This document shows, one piece after another, positions 11,418-24,633 of a stretch of DNA of 64,000 nt (position 1 is its first letter; every line of letters starts with the position of its first letter). The position numbers were made by a program, and so were the translations under genes. This DNA is from Malacoraja senta (Eukaryota). The notes beneath the pieces were generated by a model. The model was given only the letters and a program-made list of their open reading frames with translations, made no database searches and was not told where the DNA came from. Where the stretch lies: contig CM075991.1 of assembly GCA_038087875.1 (NCBI GenBank), positions 5,642,001-5,706,000 of the forward strand, in the 5' to 3' direction.

Positions 11418-12600
11418 TAATAATAATAATACATTTTATTTGTACAGCGCTTTTCAAGGACTCAAAGTCGCTTTACATGGAGAGTCAAGAACAAAATAAA
11501 ATAGAACAAAATAGGGCAGTAAGACAGAGATGAAAAGGGGAGGGGGACATGGGACTAAGGGTACGCAGAGGTGAAGAGATGGGACTTGAGGCGGGACTGG
11601 AGGATGGTGAGGGACTCAGAATTTCGGATCAATTGTGGGAGGGAGTTCCAGAGCCTGGGAGCTGACCTGGAGAAAGCTCTGTCTCCAAAAGCGCAGAGGT
11701 TGGATTTCGGAATGGAGAGGAGACCGGCTGATATGGATTTGAGGGACCGTGAGGGTTGGTAGGGGGAGAGGAGGTCAGTGAGATAAGGGGGGGGGGCAAG
11801 TGCTTGAGGGCTTTGTAAGTGAGGACCAGGATTTTGTAGATGATCCGGTGGGAAATGGGAAGCCAGTGAAGTTTTTTGAGAACTGGGGTGATGTGCTGCC
11901 CGGATTTGGTGTGGGTGATGAGTCGGGCGGCTGCATTCTGGACCAGTTGGACTCGGTTGATGTTGCTGGAATTAATGCGAAAGAGAAGAGAGTTACATTA
12001 GTCCAGTCAGGAGGAGATGAAGGCATGGATGAGTCTTTCAGCAGCGGGGGGTGTGAGAGAGGGTCTGATTTTGGCAATGTTGCGGAGGTGAAAAAATGAT
12101 GTTTTGACAACATGGCGGATGTGAGACTCAAGGGAGAGGGTTGAGTCAAAGATCACGCCAAGGTTGCGGGCCTGTGGAGATGGCGAGACAGTGGTGCCGT
12201 CAACAGTGAGAGTGGGGTTGCTAATTTTAGTAAGTCTTGATTTGGCGCCAATTAGGAGAAATTCTGTTTTGTTACTGTTTAATTTAAGGAAGTTGAGTTG
12301 CATCGAAGATTTGATGGCTGACAGGCAGGAGTTGATATGGGAGAGAGAGGGTGGTCGGGGGACTTGGTGCTGAGACAGATCTGGGTGTCATCAGCATAGC
12401 AATGGAAGTCCACATTGAAGTGACGTCGTATATGACCAAGGGGGAGGATGTAGATGATGAAGAGGAGGGGACCGAGAACGGAGCCTTGGGGAACGCCTTG
12501 AGTGACAGTGGCTGTGGCAGAGGTGTGGTTATGGAGAGAGATGAAGTGGGATCGGTTGGAAAGGTAGGAACGGAGCCAGCTGAGAGCAGAACCTTCGTGC
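11418..12600 (-). mobile_element. 5'-truncated L2 LINE
   Basis: RT fragments (LKLNSNKTE, RNLGVIFD, LIHAFISS) and an L2-type 3' end TGTAAAGCGACTTTGAG...AATAAAATGTATTATTATTA on the minus strand. Confidence 0.85.
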
Positions 12601-12644
12601 CAAGGTCTTTAAGTCTGGTAAGCACAGACACACACACACACACA

Positions 12645-13449
12645 AACTAGATACTCAAACAAAGCAACACTTTTAGGGTTATTTTAGGTTAAAGGTAATA
12701 GCCCTCATTTGCAAAGGCACCATCGGTGTGTCTCTAGCATAAATATGGGCTCATTGTAGCTTAAAATGAATACTCATCGAGTAAACATCAGAGCATTCGA
12801 TTCTTGGTCAGGATTGACATTCACATCAGAAATAAGACAGGTCTCTTACAGGTCTGTCACCCAGCCTTGCACTGCCCCAGTCACACTATGGCAGTTACCC
12901 CCACTCTCCCCACTATGGCAGTCAATGGGGTTCAGTAAACGGGGGAACCCAGAGGATCTGTCCTGACCCTTAAATTAGGCAGGTTCGTGCGCCCTTAAAA
13001 CCTGGGACCTCTGCTGCAGTCTCATTAAAATTTCCTATTAAAGCGACAGGAAGATGCCTTGCAGGACTGCCCCCCGGCCTAGAACTGCCCCAGCCCCACT
13101 GTGGCCGTGACCCCAACTCTGCACACTGGCAGTCAGTGAGGTTCTGTAAAGAGAGGAAACCCCAAGAACTGCCCTCACCCATTAATTAGGCTGGTTCAGG
13201 AGCAGGACCGTTGCGACAGTGTCATTAAAAAAATACTCACAATTATATTCATCATATTATTTTTATATTATAATATTATACTTAGTTATATATGATTACA
13301 GTCATATTTGTCATATATATATATATAGGTATAATAATATATAGTTATATTTCATCTATATCTGTGGAAAATCTCATGTAGTCCCGTGAGGTGGGTCACG
13401 AAAATCGATTTCTAGACACATTTTTGATGCTCGGCCCACAGCCGAGCAT
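12645..13449. repeat. Unclassified element with a diverged ~210-bp tandem duplication and a terminal hairpin (partial paralog 60309-60834)
   Basis: 12861-13030 resembles 13071-13230. Hairpin ATGCTCGGC-ccaca-GCCGAGCAT abuts the env fragment. Confidence 0.4.
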
Positions 13450-14430
13450 GTTTTTATTCCTTTCCACTTCAACTGTTCTCTTAAAAAGATATGGAATAAT
13501 TCCCACGTGGGTGTTGAGCACCATTCCGCAATTTCCAACCCCGGAAGGTTCAACATAACCTGAATGTGACGGGAATGGGGAACAGAAGTTACCTTTTCTT
13601 CCTTCGGGGGCATCACGTACCCGTGACCATCTACCACCATAACATCCTCATCACAGAGGGTTGGGCTCACAGCAGTTGTGGCTCTGGATAAGGGAGTTGA
13701 CCATCTATTTAACCACACCATGCCACCTTGATCTCCACATACTACAGTAATGGGGTCTTCGGAATTACTTTGATTTATAATAAACCGCATTTGTCTCTCT
13801 CTCCTTTGATCCCCAGGGAGCCTCAAACACTACAATTCCAGCAATTCCACGCAACATTTTTGCCCTTCACATTGCACCGCTTCCTCTTTCAATAATGTAG
13901 CTCAATTTGTGCAAGTGACTGTATTTACATCATTAACAACTGTATTCATTCCATCAATTTTCAGTTAGGGTTTCTGATGATTCAATGTTGTGCCGTTGAA
14001 GCACTCTTGACTCCAGCCTGATGCATGCATTATGTGAAACCCTGTGAAAATAAAAACAAATCCAGACCCTTGCCAGTTGTGGTAGTTCAATTCTTCCTTT
14101 ATGGTTTATACTGTTTCTACTGAGTTCAATGTTTCCATTTAGCAGTCCTATTCATGTCCACGAGAAAAGATATTTCAACTTACAATTTAACACCATGTTG
14201 CCCACCCACCAGGGCTGGAGAGCAGCCCATTCCGGGAGAATTCTAACCATTACCTGATTTCCGTTCTTCGACCTTTTAGCTTAAATGCTTACTTTTCCTT
14301 TTCCTAATATTTGATCCTCTACTGAACAAATAACTCATAATGAAGTTGAAGACATTTATTTACTAACTCTTGTATGTACCCAATATTTTTCCATTTCCAT
14401 TGCAGGCATGTGCTCCTATCGTTTTTACAT
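13450..14430 (-). mobile_element. Endogenous retrovirus remnant: integrase C-terminus and env 5' part
   Basis: Manual translation gives NQVMVRILPEWAALQPWWVG.../VDMNRTAKWKH*TQ*KQYKP (GPY/F-type integrase tail). A splice-acceptor-like TTTGTTTTTATTTTCACAG lies near 14042, followed by Cys/Trp-containing ORF 13374-13826. Confidence 0.6.
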
Positions 14431-14433
14431 CTT

Positions 14434-16072
14434 CAGTAGGTGGATAACTCACTGATATACAGAGAATTGTGAGGTGTTGCATTTTGGGACGTCGAACAAG
14501 GGCAGGACATACACAGTAAATGGTAGGACTCCGGATAGTGTTGTAGAACAGAGGGATCTAGGAGTACGTGCATCGTTCCTTGAAGGTCGAGTCGCGGGCA
14601 GATAATTTGGTCAAAAAGGCTTTTGGCACTTTCGCCTTCATCAGTCAGAGTATTGAATATAGAAGTTGGGAGTTCATGTTGCAGTTGTACAAGACGTTGG
14701 TGCGACCGCATCTAGAATATTATGTTCACTTCTGGGCACTATGTTATAGGGAAGATATTGTCAAGCTTGAAAGTGTTCAGAAAAGATTTACGAGGATGTT
14801 GCTAGGACTGGAGGGTGAGAGTTATAGGGAGAGGTTGAGTAGTCTATTCCATGCAGAGGAGGAGGATGAGGGGTGGTCTTTTAGAGGTGTACAAAATCAT
14901 GAGACAAATAGATCGGGTAGATGCACAGAGTCTCTGGCCCAGAATAAAGCTATCGATTGCCAGAAGACTTAGGTTCAAGGAAATGATTTAATAGTAATCC
15001 GAGGGGCAACTTTTTCACAGAAAAGGTGGTGAGTGTGTGGAGCAAGCTGGCAGAAGAGGTAGTTGTGTGGTTGGGACTATCCCATATTTTAAGAAACAGT
15101 TAGACAGGTTAGTACAGATTTGGAGGGATAGGGACCAAGCGCAGGTTAGTCAAGTCGGCAGAGCAGTGGCAGGTGAAGGAGTGAGTGAGTTTATTGGCTG
15201 AGGAATGTAATTACCAAAAAATGGTAAGTTTGCGAATTGGTCAATTTATCAGCTAATATAAGCAAGGCTTGCTCTAGGGGAGCGGCCTGTCGGGGAGCGG
15301 CCTTGTCGAGCGAAGTACCTTGTGAGAAAAGTGCGAGACTTTTGGATCGTGAGCCTTGTGAGAAAAGTACGAGTTTTGGCTCGAGAGTCTTCATCGAGGA
15401 GGCTGAGTCGCAGAGAAGAAATGACAGGTACGCTGATTCAGTGCGATGCTTGCACGATGTAGGAGGATAGGGACACTGCTGGTACTTCTGGTTGTTACAA
15501 GTGTGGAAGTGTTCTGGTTCAGCTCCTGAAGGACCGTGTTGGGGTACTGGAGAGGCAACTGGATGAACTCAGGATCATCCGGGAAAACGAGAGTTTGCTG
15601 GACAGGATATACAGCGAGATCGTTACACCGAAGGTACCGGAAGAGAGAAGGTGGGTGACGATGAGGAAGGGAAGGAAGCTGGAGAGTATAGGAAACCCCG
15701 GGGGATGTACCTCTTGAAAAAAGGTTCACCCTCTTGGAAGCTGTCGGGACAAAAGACACTGTCATTCTGAGTGTGGAACAGGTCTGGGAGTCAAAACGTA
15801 GCGCTGAAGCAAAGCCGAAGTGACAGACGTCAGGCAGAGTAGTCGGGGACGATCGCGAGAGGTGCCAAGAGAGCCAAATTGGAAATATAAGAATGGAATT
15901 AAGGAGAAAGAGAGTATAGGAAAAGTTAAGAAAGTCACCAGAATTAACGGGGCAGTGAGCACACAAAGGGATAGGAGAGTATGACCAAGTGAAATAGGAA
16001 TCGATGTGACATGTGAGGTGAGTAATGGATTAAAAGTAGTATATATGAATGCGCGAAGTAAAATAAGTATAA
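14434..16072 (+). mobile_element. CR1 LINE fragments (RT 3' part 14434-15150; 5'/ORF1 and endonuclease start 15150-16072)
   Basis: LYKTLVRPHLEY and VQKRFTRM motifs; KVVYMNARS endonuclease start. Confidence 0.8.
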
Positions 16073-17011
16073 TAGATGGCGCGGCCGGTTCCAGTCGCCG
16101 GAACCTCCTGAAGAACCGCCCTCTCAAGATGGCGCGGCCTGGTCCGGTTGACGTCGTGGCAGCTCCGCGGAGATTGTGCGTTTTTTAAACTAGTACTTTT
16201 ATTTTTAATATCTTTCAGACTAATAACACATCAGCACTAACACTCTCCGATCGTAAAACACGTTTAAACTTATACTTTGGAATAACCCATTTTTTTGTAG
16301 ACACATTATTCACCGATCCAGCATGGCCGGCAGAGATCATTATGCTTGAAGCGCGGCGTCGCCGGTAGCGAGGACCGCGCGGCAACGGCGAGAGCGTCGA
16401 GCCTATCCACCGGAGCGCCGCACGGATGCTGCGCGGGGGCCGAGTTAGTTCAAACACGGCGGGTCCCACGTGCTTGCGGTAAGTAAAAAAAGGGCGGGCC
16501 GACTGCGATGACGTCGGCCCGCCGCACGTGACTCACCAGCGGCGGCTGTGGCGGCGGCCATCCTGATCGCGGCGCTGTAGCGGTGGCTGTGCCTGCGGCC
16601 GTGCAGCACACGTGCCTCACTGGCGGCGGCACGTGCGTCACTGGCGGAGGCTGTGGCAGTGGAGGTTTGACGCACGGCGCTCGAGCCATACTGGCGGCGG
16701 CCCGTGCGAGCGGCCGTGCGCACCCGTGCATCACTGGTGGAGGTTGTGCGGTGAGTATTTTGTTTTGGACATTGTCGTTTTTATTTTAGCACCGCGCGGT
16801 GTTGGGAACACCGCCGCACGGCCCGGGAATTGTACTTTCTCACGAGTGCGCGGTCTATGGCGGCAGATTCCTCCCGTTTCGCCGCCATAGACCGCAGACT
16901 CGTGAGACAGGCCTTTAAACCGCGGCAACAAAGATGGGAGCGCGGCTCCGGGAACAAGTCGGAAAAAAACATTGAGGTAAGCGGGAGGAGATTCGGAACA
17001 GGGAAAAAGCT
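16073..17011 (+). mobile_element. 5' fragment of a Rex1/L2-group LINE, interrupted by a GC-rich insert and cut by the Gypsy LTR
   Basis: AAGATGGCG motif. The uninterrupted paralog (63709-63820) reads WPAEIMRA...RKKH*GKREEIRNR, resembling the basic RGKRxG leader of these LINEs. Confidence 0.4.
16341..16919. mobile_element. GC-rich 579-bp insert private to unit A; right end resembles a PIF/Harbinger MITE terminus
   Basis: Absent at 63725 and 34712, where GAGAGCGAT is found instead. Ends GTGAGACAGGCCTTTAA. 27-bp hairpin at 16838-16907. Confidence 0.5.
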
Positions 17012-20000
17012 TGTTGAGTAAATCACACATACTCACAGATCTGGTTTAACAATATTTATTAAGACACGTATACAAAACACTTCAACATGTTACTCCTATC
17101 ATGCAGAAGTACAGACTGACAGCGCATGTCGGGTTGCCATAATATTAATGGCGTGGTAGTAGGTGTGGCTTTAAATAATAAAGCACTACATTAGTTAGTA
17201 GGTAAAGTAACAAAACTACATCTTGCAAGGATATCAAGTGAAACACATCTACAATAAAGTGATATATATGTAGAAGCACGTTACTGGCAGCTGACTGATT
17301 AATAATGTAACCGAAACGCTAATAGCGCATACGTACTATTGATACAAACAAAGTCCCCGTATCTAAAGGGCGGCCTACAAACCCATCCCGCGAGCATCGG
17401 TACAGATCCGCATCTCCTCCCTTCACCGTGCGGCGGGAGCACTGGGGACCCGGGGGACAAACACGGCGATTAAGATGAGCGGAGCACCGAGCGTGGTGGC
17501 GAGGGAGCTGGAGTCACAATCAATGGTTGGTCTGCAGCTGCACGTCGTGACAGAGGAGAAAGTCCGTCAGTAGATGTGTAGATCGGAAGCGTCGCATCAG
17601 GATACGAGACAGCAGGACGTGGTTCCTTCACAGGAAGGAGATGTTGACGCCTGTAGATCCCTCCGTCTGCACTCACCGGGCATGAGCGCGGCTCTTTTTC
17701 GGAATTGTGAATGAAGTTCAAACGGTCCTAGCCCTTGTTGGTTTGAAGGCGAGCGACTTGGCCACTGGAGAGAGGTTTATGTGGTCAAAAAAATCGTGTT
17801 TGGTTATCGCGATTCAGTTGATGTTGTCACTGGATGGCTAGTGGTAAACGAACCTGTGGCTGCAGTAGTTGTTTGGGCACAGGAAGTGCAGCACGGGTCT
17901 GTCGGGACATCAGGCGTTGGACAGGAGACCCCAGTTTTGGGTCACAGGCGATGTTTCTCAGGTTTAGCAGGTGAGACATCGGATTTAGCAAAGTGTGAGC
18001 GCTCCATCAATTGCTTGGCGCTCCGGACAGACCGTTCTGCAAGTCCAATTGATTGTGGAAATTCTGGACTGCTGGTGAGAGGGTGAAAATCCCATCGTTG
18101 AGCAATGTTTCTAAAACACTGGCAAGTGAAATGACTGCCGTTGTCTGACAAGTGGCGTGCGGGGGCACCGTGCACGGTGAAATGGTCGCCAGCTTTTGGA
18201 TTACTGCAGCGGATGTTGGACTTTGGAGCAGGTCGATTTCGAACCAGCCCGATTACGAGTCAACGAGAACCAGATACTGTTTGCCACGCCACTCGAATAT
18301 GTCAGTAGCAGGCGTGGACCAAGGCAGAGGAGAAACAGGGAGTGAGAGCAGGGCATGCTTCTGTTCGTGTGGCATCAGGCTGCTGCAGATAGCACAGGCT
18401 TAAACTTTCTCACGCATGAATTTGGTCATTCCGGGATAGTAAAAGACGCTCTGTGCTCGGAGTATGGTTGCTTCCAGGACGGGGTGACCCCCTGAGAACG
18501 GCATCAAAATATGTATCTCATAGGGCAGTTGGGATGACAGCTCAGTGACCCTTGATTATGACACCGCCCTGCAGCACCAGTTCATCGCGGACCAGATAGT
18601 ATGGGCAAATAGGAAGTGGAGCGTGATATTTTTTATCCTTTCAGCCACTCCGGATGACAGAAGACAATTGCTGTATAGTTGTATCCGCAGCCAGATGCTC
18701 TGCCAGGTCACTTAGACATTCTGTGTGTACGTACAACGCCATCATTACTGTGAACTGGTAATATGCAGACGGCTGTTGTTCGCAGGTTGTTCGTGGGGTT
18801 CTTGATGTGTCAGCCAGATACATATCCTTGTCCCTTTTGTAGACGAGGGTGAAATCGAAACACTGTAGCTGCATCATCATCCGTTGCAGGCGAGCAGGAG
18901 CTGCAAGAATGGGTTTGTTCAGAAAAGTGAATAACCACGGACTTCCGAAAAATAAAGTCCTTGAATTTTGTGCAGGTAAAAACCACGGCTAGTAATTCTT
19001 CTTCGATCTTCAGTCTCAAACAAGGTACGGGAAGTGTAAGCAATAGGTCTGCCGTCTCCTTCGATGGAATTCTGTAGGCAAGCAGCTCCAAGTTCATATT
19101 GGGATCCATCACACGGTATGCTTAAATTGAAATAAGCTAGGGTTGGGGCACTGGGCAATAATAATTTAGGCATTTCGAATGCCCTCTGGTGTTGTGGGTA
19201 CAAAGACCGTGTAGCGTCCTTGTGAGTTAGTTGCCGCAGAGGGGGAGATATTTTGCTGAGGTTGGGAATGAATTTCCCCAAGTAGTTAACCGTTCCCAGG
19301 AATCTCTGCAAACTTGTCACGTCAGTGGGAACTGGTGTCTCGTTGATGCCAATGGTCTTGGAGAGTTCAGGTCTGTGGCCGTTACTGGTGAATACGTGTC
19401 CGACATACAGGACCTCCTTGACCTGGAATCTGCACTTCAGAATGTTGAGCTTGCGGTGGCTGTCTTTTGCACGGTCCAGTACTTTTTTTAATTGGCATCA
19501 TGTTCAGCCATGTCAATGTCATCAACAATGATGTCACGAGGATACCCAGTAAATAATTGCTCCATTGTACGCTGGAATACTTCTCTAGCAGATTTGATGG
19601 CAAAGGGCATCCGCAAGAATTTGTACCGGCCAAACGGGGTGCCGAAAATGGCGAGTTTGGACGAGTCGGGGTCCAGCGCGATCTCCCCGAACGAGCTGTT
19701 GGCATCCAGAAACGAAAACACAGAGGCACTGCCCAGCTGAGCAGCAACTTCCTCCATCGTGCGCATCGGGTAGTGCGGGCGTTTGATCGCTGAGTTCAGA
19801 TCTCTACAAATTTGTATTTCTTCTTTAATTTTCTCCGTTGCGACCACGATGGTGGGAATCCAGTTGGATGGGTCAGTGACCATGGCAATTACACCCAGGG
19901 GCACCATCCGCTGGTGCTTATTGTGTACTCTGCCACGCATAGCAAGTGGCATGCGGTGTGGTGCTCGTACCACAGGTAAGACATTTGCATCATTGACGAT

Positions 20001-20240
20001 GTTGCATCGGAGTGGTAGCTTCCAAAACGTATCGTCAAAATGTTACTTGTACTGGGAAGTATCTGCTGGGTGGAGCCCTCGGCAGGAGAGATTTGATGGA
20101 CAGCAGGCCGAAAAGTTACCAGTCCAAGTTCCTGGCATGCGTTAATGCCATGCAGAGTTGAAACTTTCCCACGGACAATAAAAAAAGTTCAGCCTGTGAG
20201 GTTGTGACGCTAGGTGGTATTTCAGCTCAGCTTTTCCAAT
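17012..20240 (-). mobile_element. Decayed Mag-like Gypsy element: 3' LTR 17012-17220 and pol (RT, RNase H, integrase)
   Basis: RT motifs (FGTPFGRYKFLRMPF, IVDDI, LQRFLGTVNYLGKFIPNL), integrase SDNGSHF/GLAERSV, LTR TGTAG...CAACA on the minus strand; many stops and frameshifts. Confidence 0.85.
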
Positions 20241-20267
20241 TGGGTGCACCTCCCACCCCTCCCCCAT

Positions 20268-21635
20268 TGTAAATATTTGCTGTCCCAGCACCGAGTCGTG
20301 CGGTACCCCACAAGTCACTACCTGCCATTCTGAAATGGATCCGTTAATCCCTACTCTTTGTTTCCTGTCGGCCAACCAATTTTCTATCCATGTCAGTACC
20401 TTACACCAAATACCATGAGATCTAATTGTGCCCACTAATCTCCTATGTGGGACCTTATCAAAGGTTTTCTGAAAGTCCAGGTACACTACATTCACTGACT
20501 CTCCCTTGTCCATTTTCTAGTTACATCCTCAAAAATGTCCAGAAAATTAGTCAAGCATGATTTCCCCTTCATAAATCCATGATGACTCGGACCGATCCTG
20601 TTACTCCTACCCAAATGTGCCGCTTCTTCATCTTTTATAATTAACTCCAGCGTCTTCCCCACCACCAATGTTAGGTTAACTGGTCTTTATTTCCTTGTTT
20701 TCTCTCTCCCTACTTTCTTAAAAGGTGGGATGACATTAGATACCCTCCAATCCACAGGAACTAATCCTGAATCTATTGAACATTGGAAAATGTTCACCAA
20801 TGCATTCACAACATCTAGAGCATCTTCCTTAAGTGTTCTGTGGTGCAGACCATCAGGCCCACGGGATCTATCACCTTTCAGTCCCATATACGCAACACCA
20901 TTTCCTGCCTATGTGAATTTCCTTCACTTCCTCAGTCACCCGAGGCCCTCTGGCCGCTGGTACACAGTGGGTAATTGTTTGTCTCTTCCTTTAGTGAAGT
21001 CATATCCAAAGTACAAGTTCAACTCCTCTGCCATTTCCTTGTTCCCCATTATAAATTCACCTGTTTCTGTCTTCAAGGGACACACTTTTAATATCAAGTC
21101 CTATAAGCTCAACTGATTAACTATTTTTCCCTCTTCACATACCTAAAGAAGCTTTTACAACCCCCCTTCATATTCTTGGCTAGCTTACCTTCCTACCGCA
21201 ACTTTTATCCCCGTATTGCCTTTTTAATTATCTTGTGATTATCTTTAAAGTTATCTTTAAACGTTTCCCAATCCTCTGGCTACCCGCTCATCTTTACTAT
21301 GTTATACTTCTTCTCTTTTATTTTTATATTGTCCTTGAATTCACTTGTCAGCCACGGTCGCCTCTTACCCCCCTTTAGAATCTTTCTTCCTGTTTGGAAT
21401 GAACTGATATTGCACCTTCTGTATTATTCCCAGAAATACCCTCCATTGTTGTTCCACTGTCATCCCTGCTAGGGTCTCTTTCAAATCAAACTTGGCAAGC
21501 TCCTCCCTCGTGCCCCCATCGTCCTCTTTGCTCAACTGTAATAATGACTCTTCCGATGTTCCCTTCTCCATCACAAATTGCAGATGAAAACGTATCATAT
21601 TATGGTCACTACCTCCAAATGGCTCTTTTAGCTTG
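20268..21635 (-). mobile_element. CR1 LINE ORF2 fragment
   Basis: YLDFQKTFDKVPH, GPDGLH and GSDHNMI motifs. Confidence 0.85.
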
Positions 21636-21639
21636 AGCC

Positions 21640-22484
21640 AAGATGTACTTACAAGAGCAACCACAGTTCTGGAAAAAGGTCTTGTGAACATATTAGGCGA
21701 ACATTGGCGTATCAGAGTGAAAGCAAGATCAAAGTATGGAAGAGAGAAGGAACTGCCCAAGATCCAAAGCATACCACCTCATCTGTGAAACATGGTGGGG
21801 GGTGTGATGGCCTGGGCAAGTATGGCTACTGGCCATCTTCATTGATGATACAGCTGCCAATGGTAGTATTATAGTGAATTCTGAATGGTATAGACACATC
21901 CGATCTGTTCAAGTTCGAACAAATGCCTCAAAACTCATTGTTTAAGCATTGCAGATGCTGGAAAATCGAAGCTGGACAAAAATGCTGGAGAAACTCTGCG
22001 GGTGAGGCAACATCTATGTTTGGAGGGAGGAGGAGACCATTTTCAATTTGCTGCCCCACCCGCTGAGCTTCTCCAGCATTTATGTCTACCCTCAAAACTC
22101 ATTGGCCGGAGGTTCATTCTGCAGCAACACAATGATCCTGAACATGCCGCTGAAGCAACAAAGGAGTTTTACAAAGGAAAAAATGGTCAATTCTTGCGTA
22201 GTCGTCAATCACCCAATCTGAAACCAACTGAGCATGCCTTCACAGATTTCAAACAGTCATTACATGCAAAGGATATGCAACACAATACAAAATATTACTA
22301 CTTTCATTTACATGACATTGCTGTGTCCCAAATATTACGGTGCCCTGCAACAGGGGGACTATGTATAATCATTGCTGTAATCTCTACATGGTGAAACCAA
22401 ATTGTATAAAAATGTCCTTTATTAAAATTATGGAGTATAGAGGCAAATACATAAATGATGTCCCAAACATTATGGAGTACACTG
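21640..22484 (+). mobile_element. Tc1-like transposase remnant with right TIR
   Basis: SVKHGGG, FILQQHNDPEH and QSPNLKPTEH motifs; terminus reads CAGTGTACTCCATAATGTTTGGG on the minus strand. Confidence 0.75.
21941..22089. mobile_element. Short palindromic element with 15-bp TSD inside the Tc1 remnant
   Basis: CCTCAAAACTCATTG at 21926-21940 and 22090-22104; inverted arms AATGCTGGAGAAACTCTGCGGGTG / CACCCGCTGAGCTTCTCCAGCATT. Confidence 0.7.
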
Positions 22485-23026
22485 TTCCAGACCCGAACTT
22501 GAATCTGAATCAATATGAAGCCACAGCTCCTCTATTAAGAGTGCTCATATTGAAGGCTGGTGTGCCACGCGCAATCTTTACCACCGTGTCTGCTTGCATT
22601 GCAAATTTAAGGGAATAATGTACATATATTCATTGTTCTCGCTGCACTCACTTTTACAACATTCTGCGTGTCCCTATCATTCACAATGCAGGTCTTGCCA
22701 TTGGTTATCTTCTAAAATAGGGACGCGACTCATTTGCAGGAGTTAAATTCCATCTGCCTTTCCTTAGCATACTTCCCAGGTATTTAGGTTCATTTTCTAA
22801 CTTCATATAATTCGTCTTACGATATGAACCGATTGTTTCACACACGTGATCACAATTTTACAACAGTAAATGATCACAACTTTGTTCCTTGCCACATACT
22901 GTGTCGAAATTGGATACCTTAAACCACATAAGGTAAGCAGCCATGCTCTTTAAAATGATTTTGATCGTGTTCCTTAATCCTTCACCGTATTTTTTCCCTG
23001 ACACGCTGCCTCACATTCCGTATCAT

Positions 23027-23588
23027 TAGAAACATAGAAACATAGAAACATAGAAAATAGGTGCAGGAGTAGGCCATTCGGCCCTTCGAGCCTGCACGGC
23101 CATTCAATATAATCATGGCTGATCATCCAACTCAGTATCCTGTACCTGCCTTCTCCCCATACCCCCTGATCCCTCTAGCCACAAGGGCCACATCTTACTC
23201 CCTCTTAAATATAGCCAATGATCTGGCCTCAACTACCTTCTGTGGCCGGGAATTCCAGAGATTTACCACACTCTCTGTGAAAAATGTTTTTCTCATCTCG
23301 GTCCTAAAAGATTTCCCCTTTACCCTTAAACTGTGACCCCCTTGTTCTGGACTTCCCCATCATCGAGAACAATCTTCCTGCATCTAGTCTGTCCAACCCC
23401 TTAAGAACTTTGTAAGTTTCTATAAGATCCCCCCTCAATCTTCTAAATTCAAGCGAGTACACGCCGAGTCTATCCAGTCTTTCTTCATATGAAAGTCCTG
23501 ACATCCCAGGAATCAGTCTGGTGAACTTTCTCTGTACTCCCTCTATGGCAAGAATGTCTTTCCTCAGATTTGGAGACCAAAACTGTAC
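23027..23588 (-). mobile_element. CR1 (HER1-like) 3' end
   Basis: (TAGAAACA)n tail on the plus strand; VQFWSPNLRKDI and RRLRGDLIETYK motifs; near-identical to 42480-43030. Confidence 0.9.
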
Positions 23589-23879
23589 GCTGTTGTTTGG
23601 CCTGGTTGAGTGGCCGCAGGGATTTACTCTATAAAATGCCGGGGCCACGTTTTTTATTCTCCAGAAAAAAAAAGTTCGAGGCCCATTATCCAGCATTTGT
23701 TTCTCTGGACATGCCGTATTTCAATGTGTATGCAGCACAGTGATAGGGTGCGAATTTCGCATCAATGTGTTCAACTGTTCAATGTTCTGTCTCGCATCCT
23801 CAGTTAAATCTAAGATTGTTGTGAAAGGAAGATATTTACACTAAAATCATCGGTCTGAATTGCACATTGGTTACTTATA

Positions 23880-24633
23880 CTGGACAGGCACAATGTTCCA
23901 TACACCGATTGTGGGAAAAGGCTACGTCGCAGATTCCCATTATATCGTCTCCATTCACCTCAACCGTCCTTTGATTCTCGATTCCCCTGCTCAGGGATAT
24001 AAACTCTGTGCATCCACCGTATATGTTCCACTCACGACTTTATACACATCTATAAGATCAGATCTCATCTTCCTGCGTTTCAAGGAATATTGTCCCAGCC
24101 AGCTTAACCTCTTTCTTCAGTTCAGACCCTCGCACCGTGTGAACATCCTCATAAAGCTTCCCTGTACGCTTTCCAACGGCATCTTCCCCATAAAAAGGTG
24201 CCCAGAACTAAACACGGTCTACATGCGGTATTATCAATTTCCTGCATAACTGCAGCATGACCTCCCAACTTCTATGTACCTGCATTCGCGGATCCCTCTG
24301 CTCTATAACACTCTGCAGAGCCCCGAGTAGGTCATGGCCATGTAAGACTTTCCAAAATGTGCCAACTCACAATTCTGTGTATTAATTTCCAACCACCATT
24401 CCTAATCGATTATGATCCCGCTGCAATATTTGACATCCATCTTCGCTATCTGCAATCCAACCCGCTTTTGTATCTGCAAACTTTCTAATCTTGCCATGTG
24501 CATTCTCATACTGTAATTTATATACTTGTGAAACAGTAATGGGCCAAGCATCGAACTCTGAGGCACACCACAGGCCTCCAGTCCGAGAAACAACCTTCCA
24601 CCATTACCCTCAGCTTCCTTCCATGAAGCCAAT
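23880..24633 (-). mobile_element. Old CR1 fragments; right part is the start of duplication unit B
   Basis: GVPQSSMLGPLLF motif; 24450-24633 matches 43765-43945. Confidence 0.65.

Noticed and set aside
16341..16919. Shared deletion in unit C and the inverted block, implying recombination between units
   Set aside because: The short form keeps a continuous LINE-like reading (RKKH*GKR), so a single insertion in unit A is simpler.
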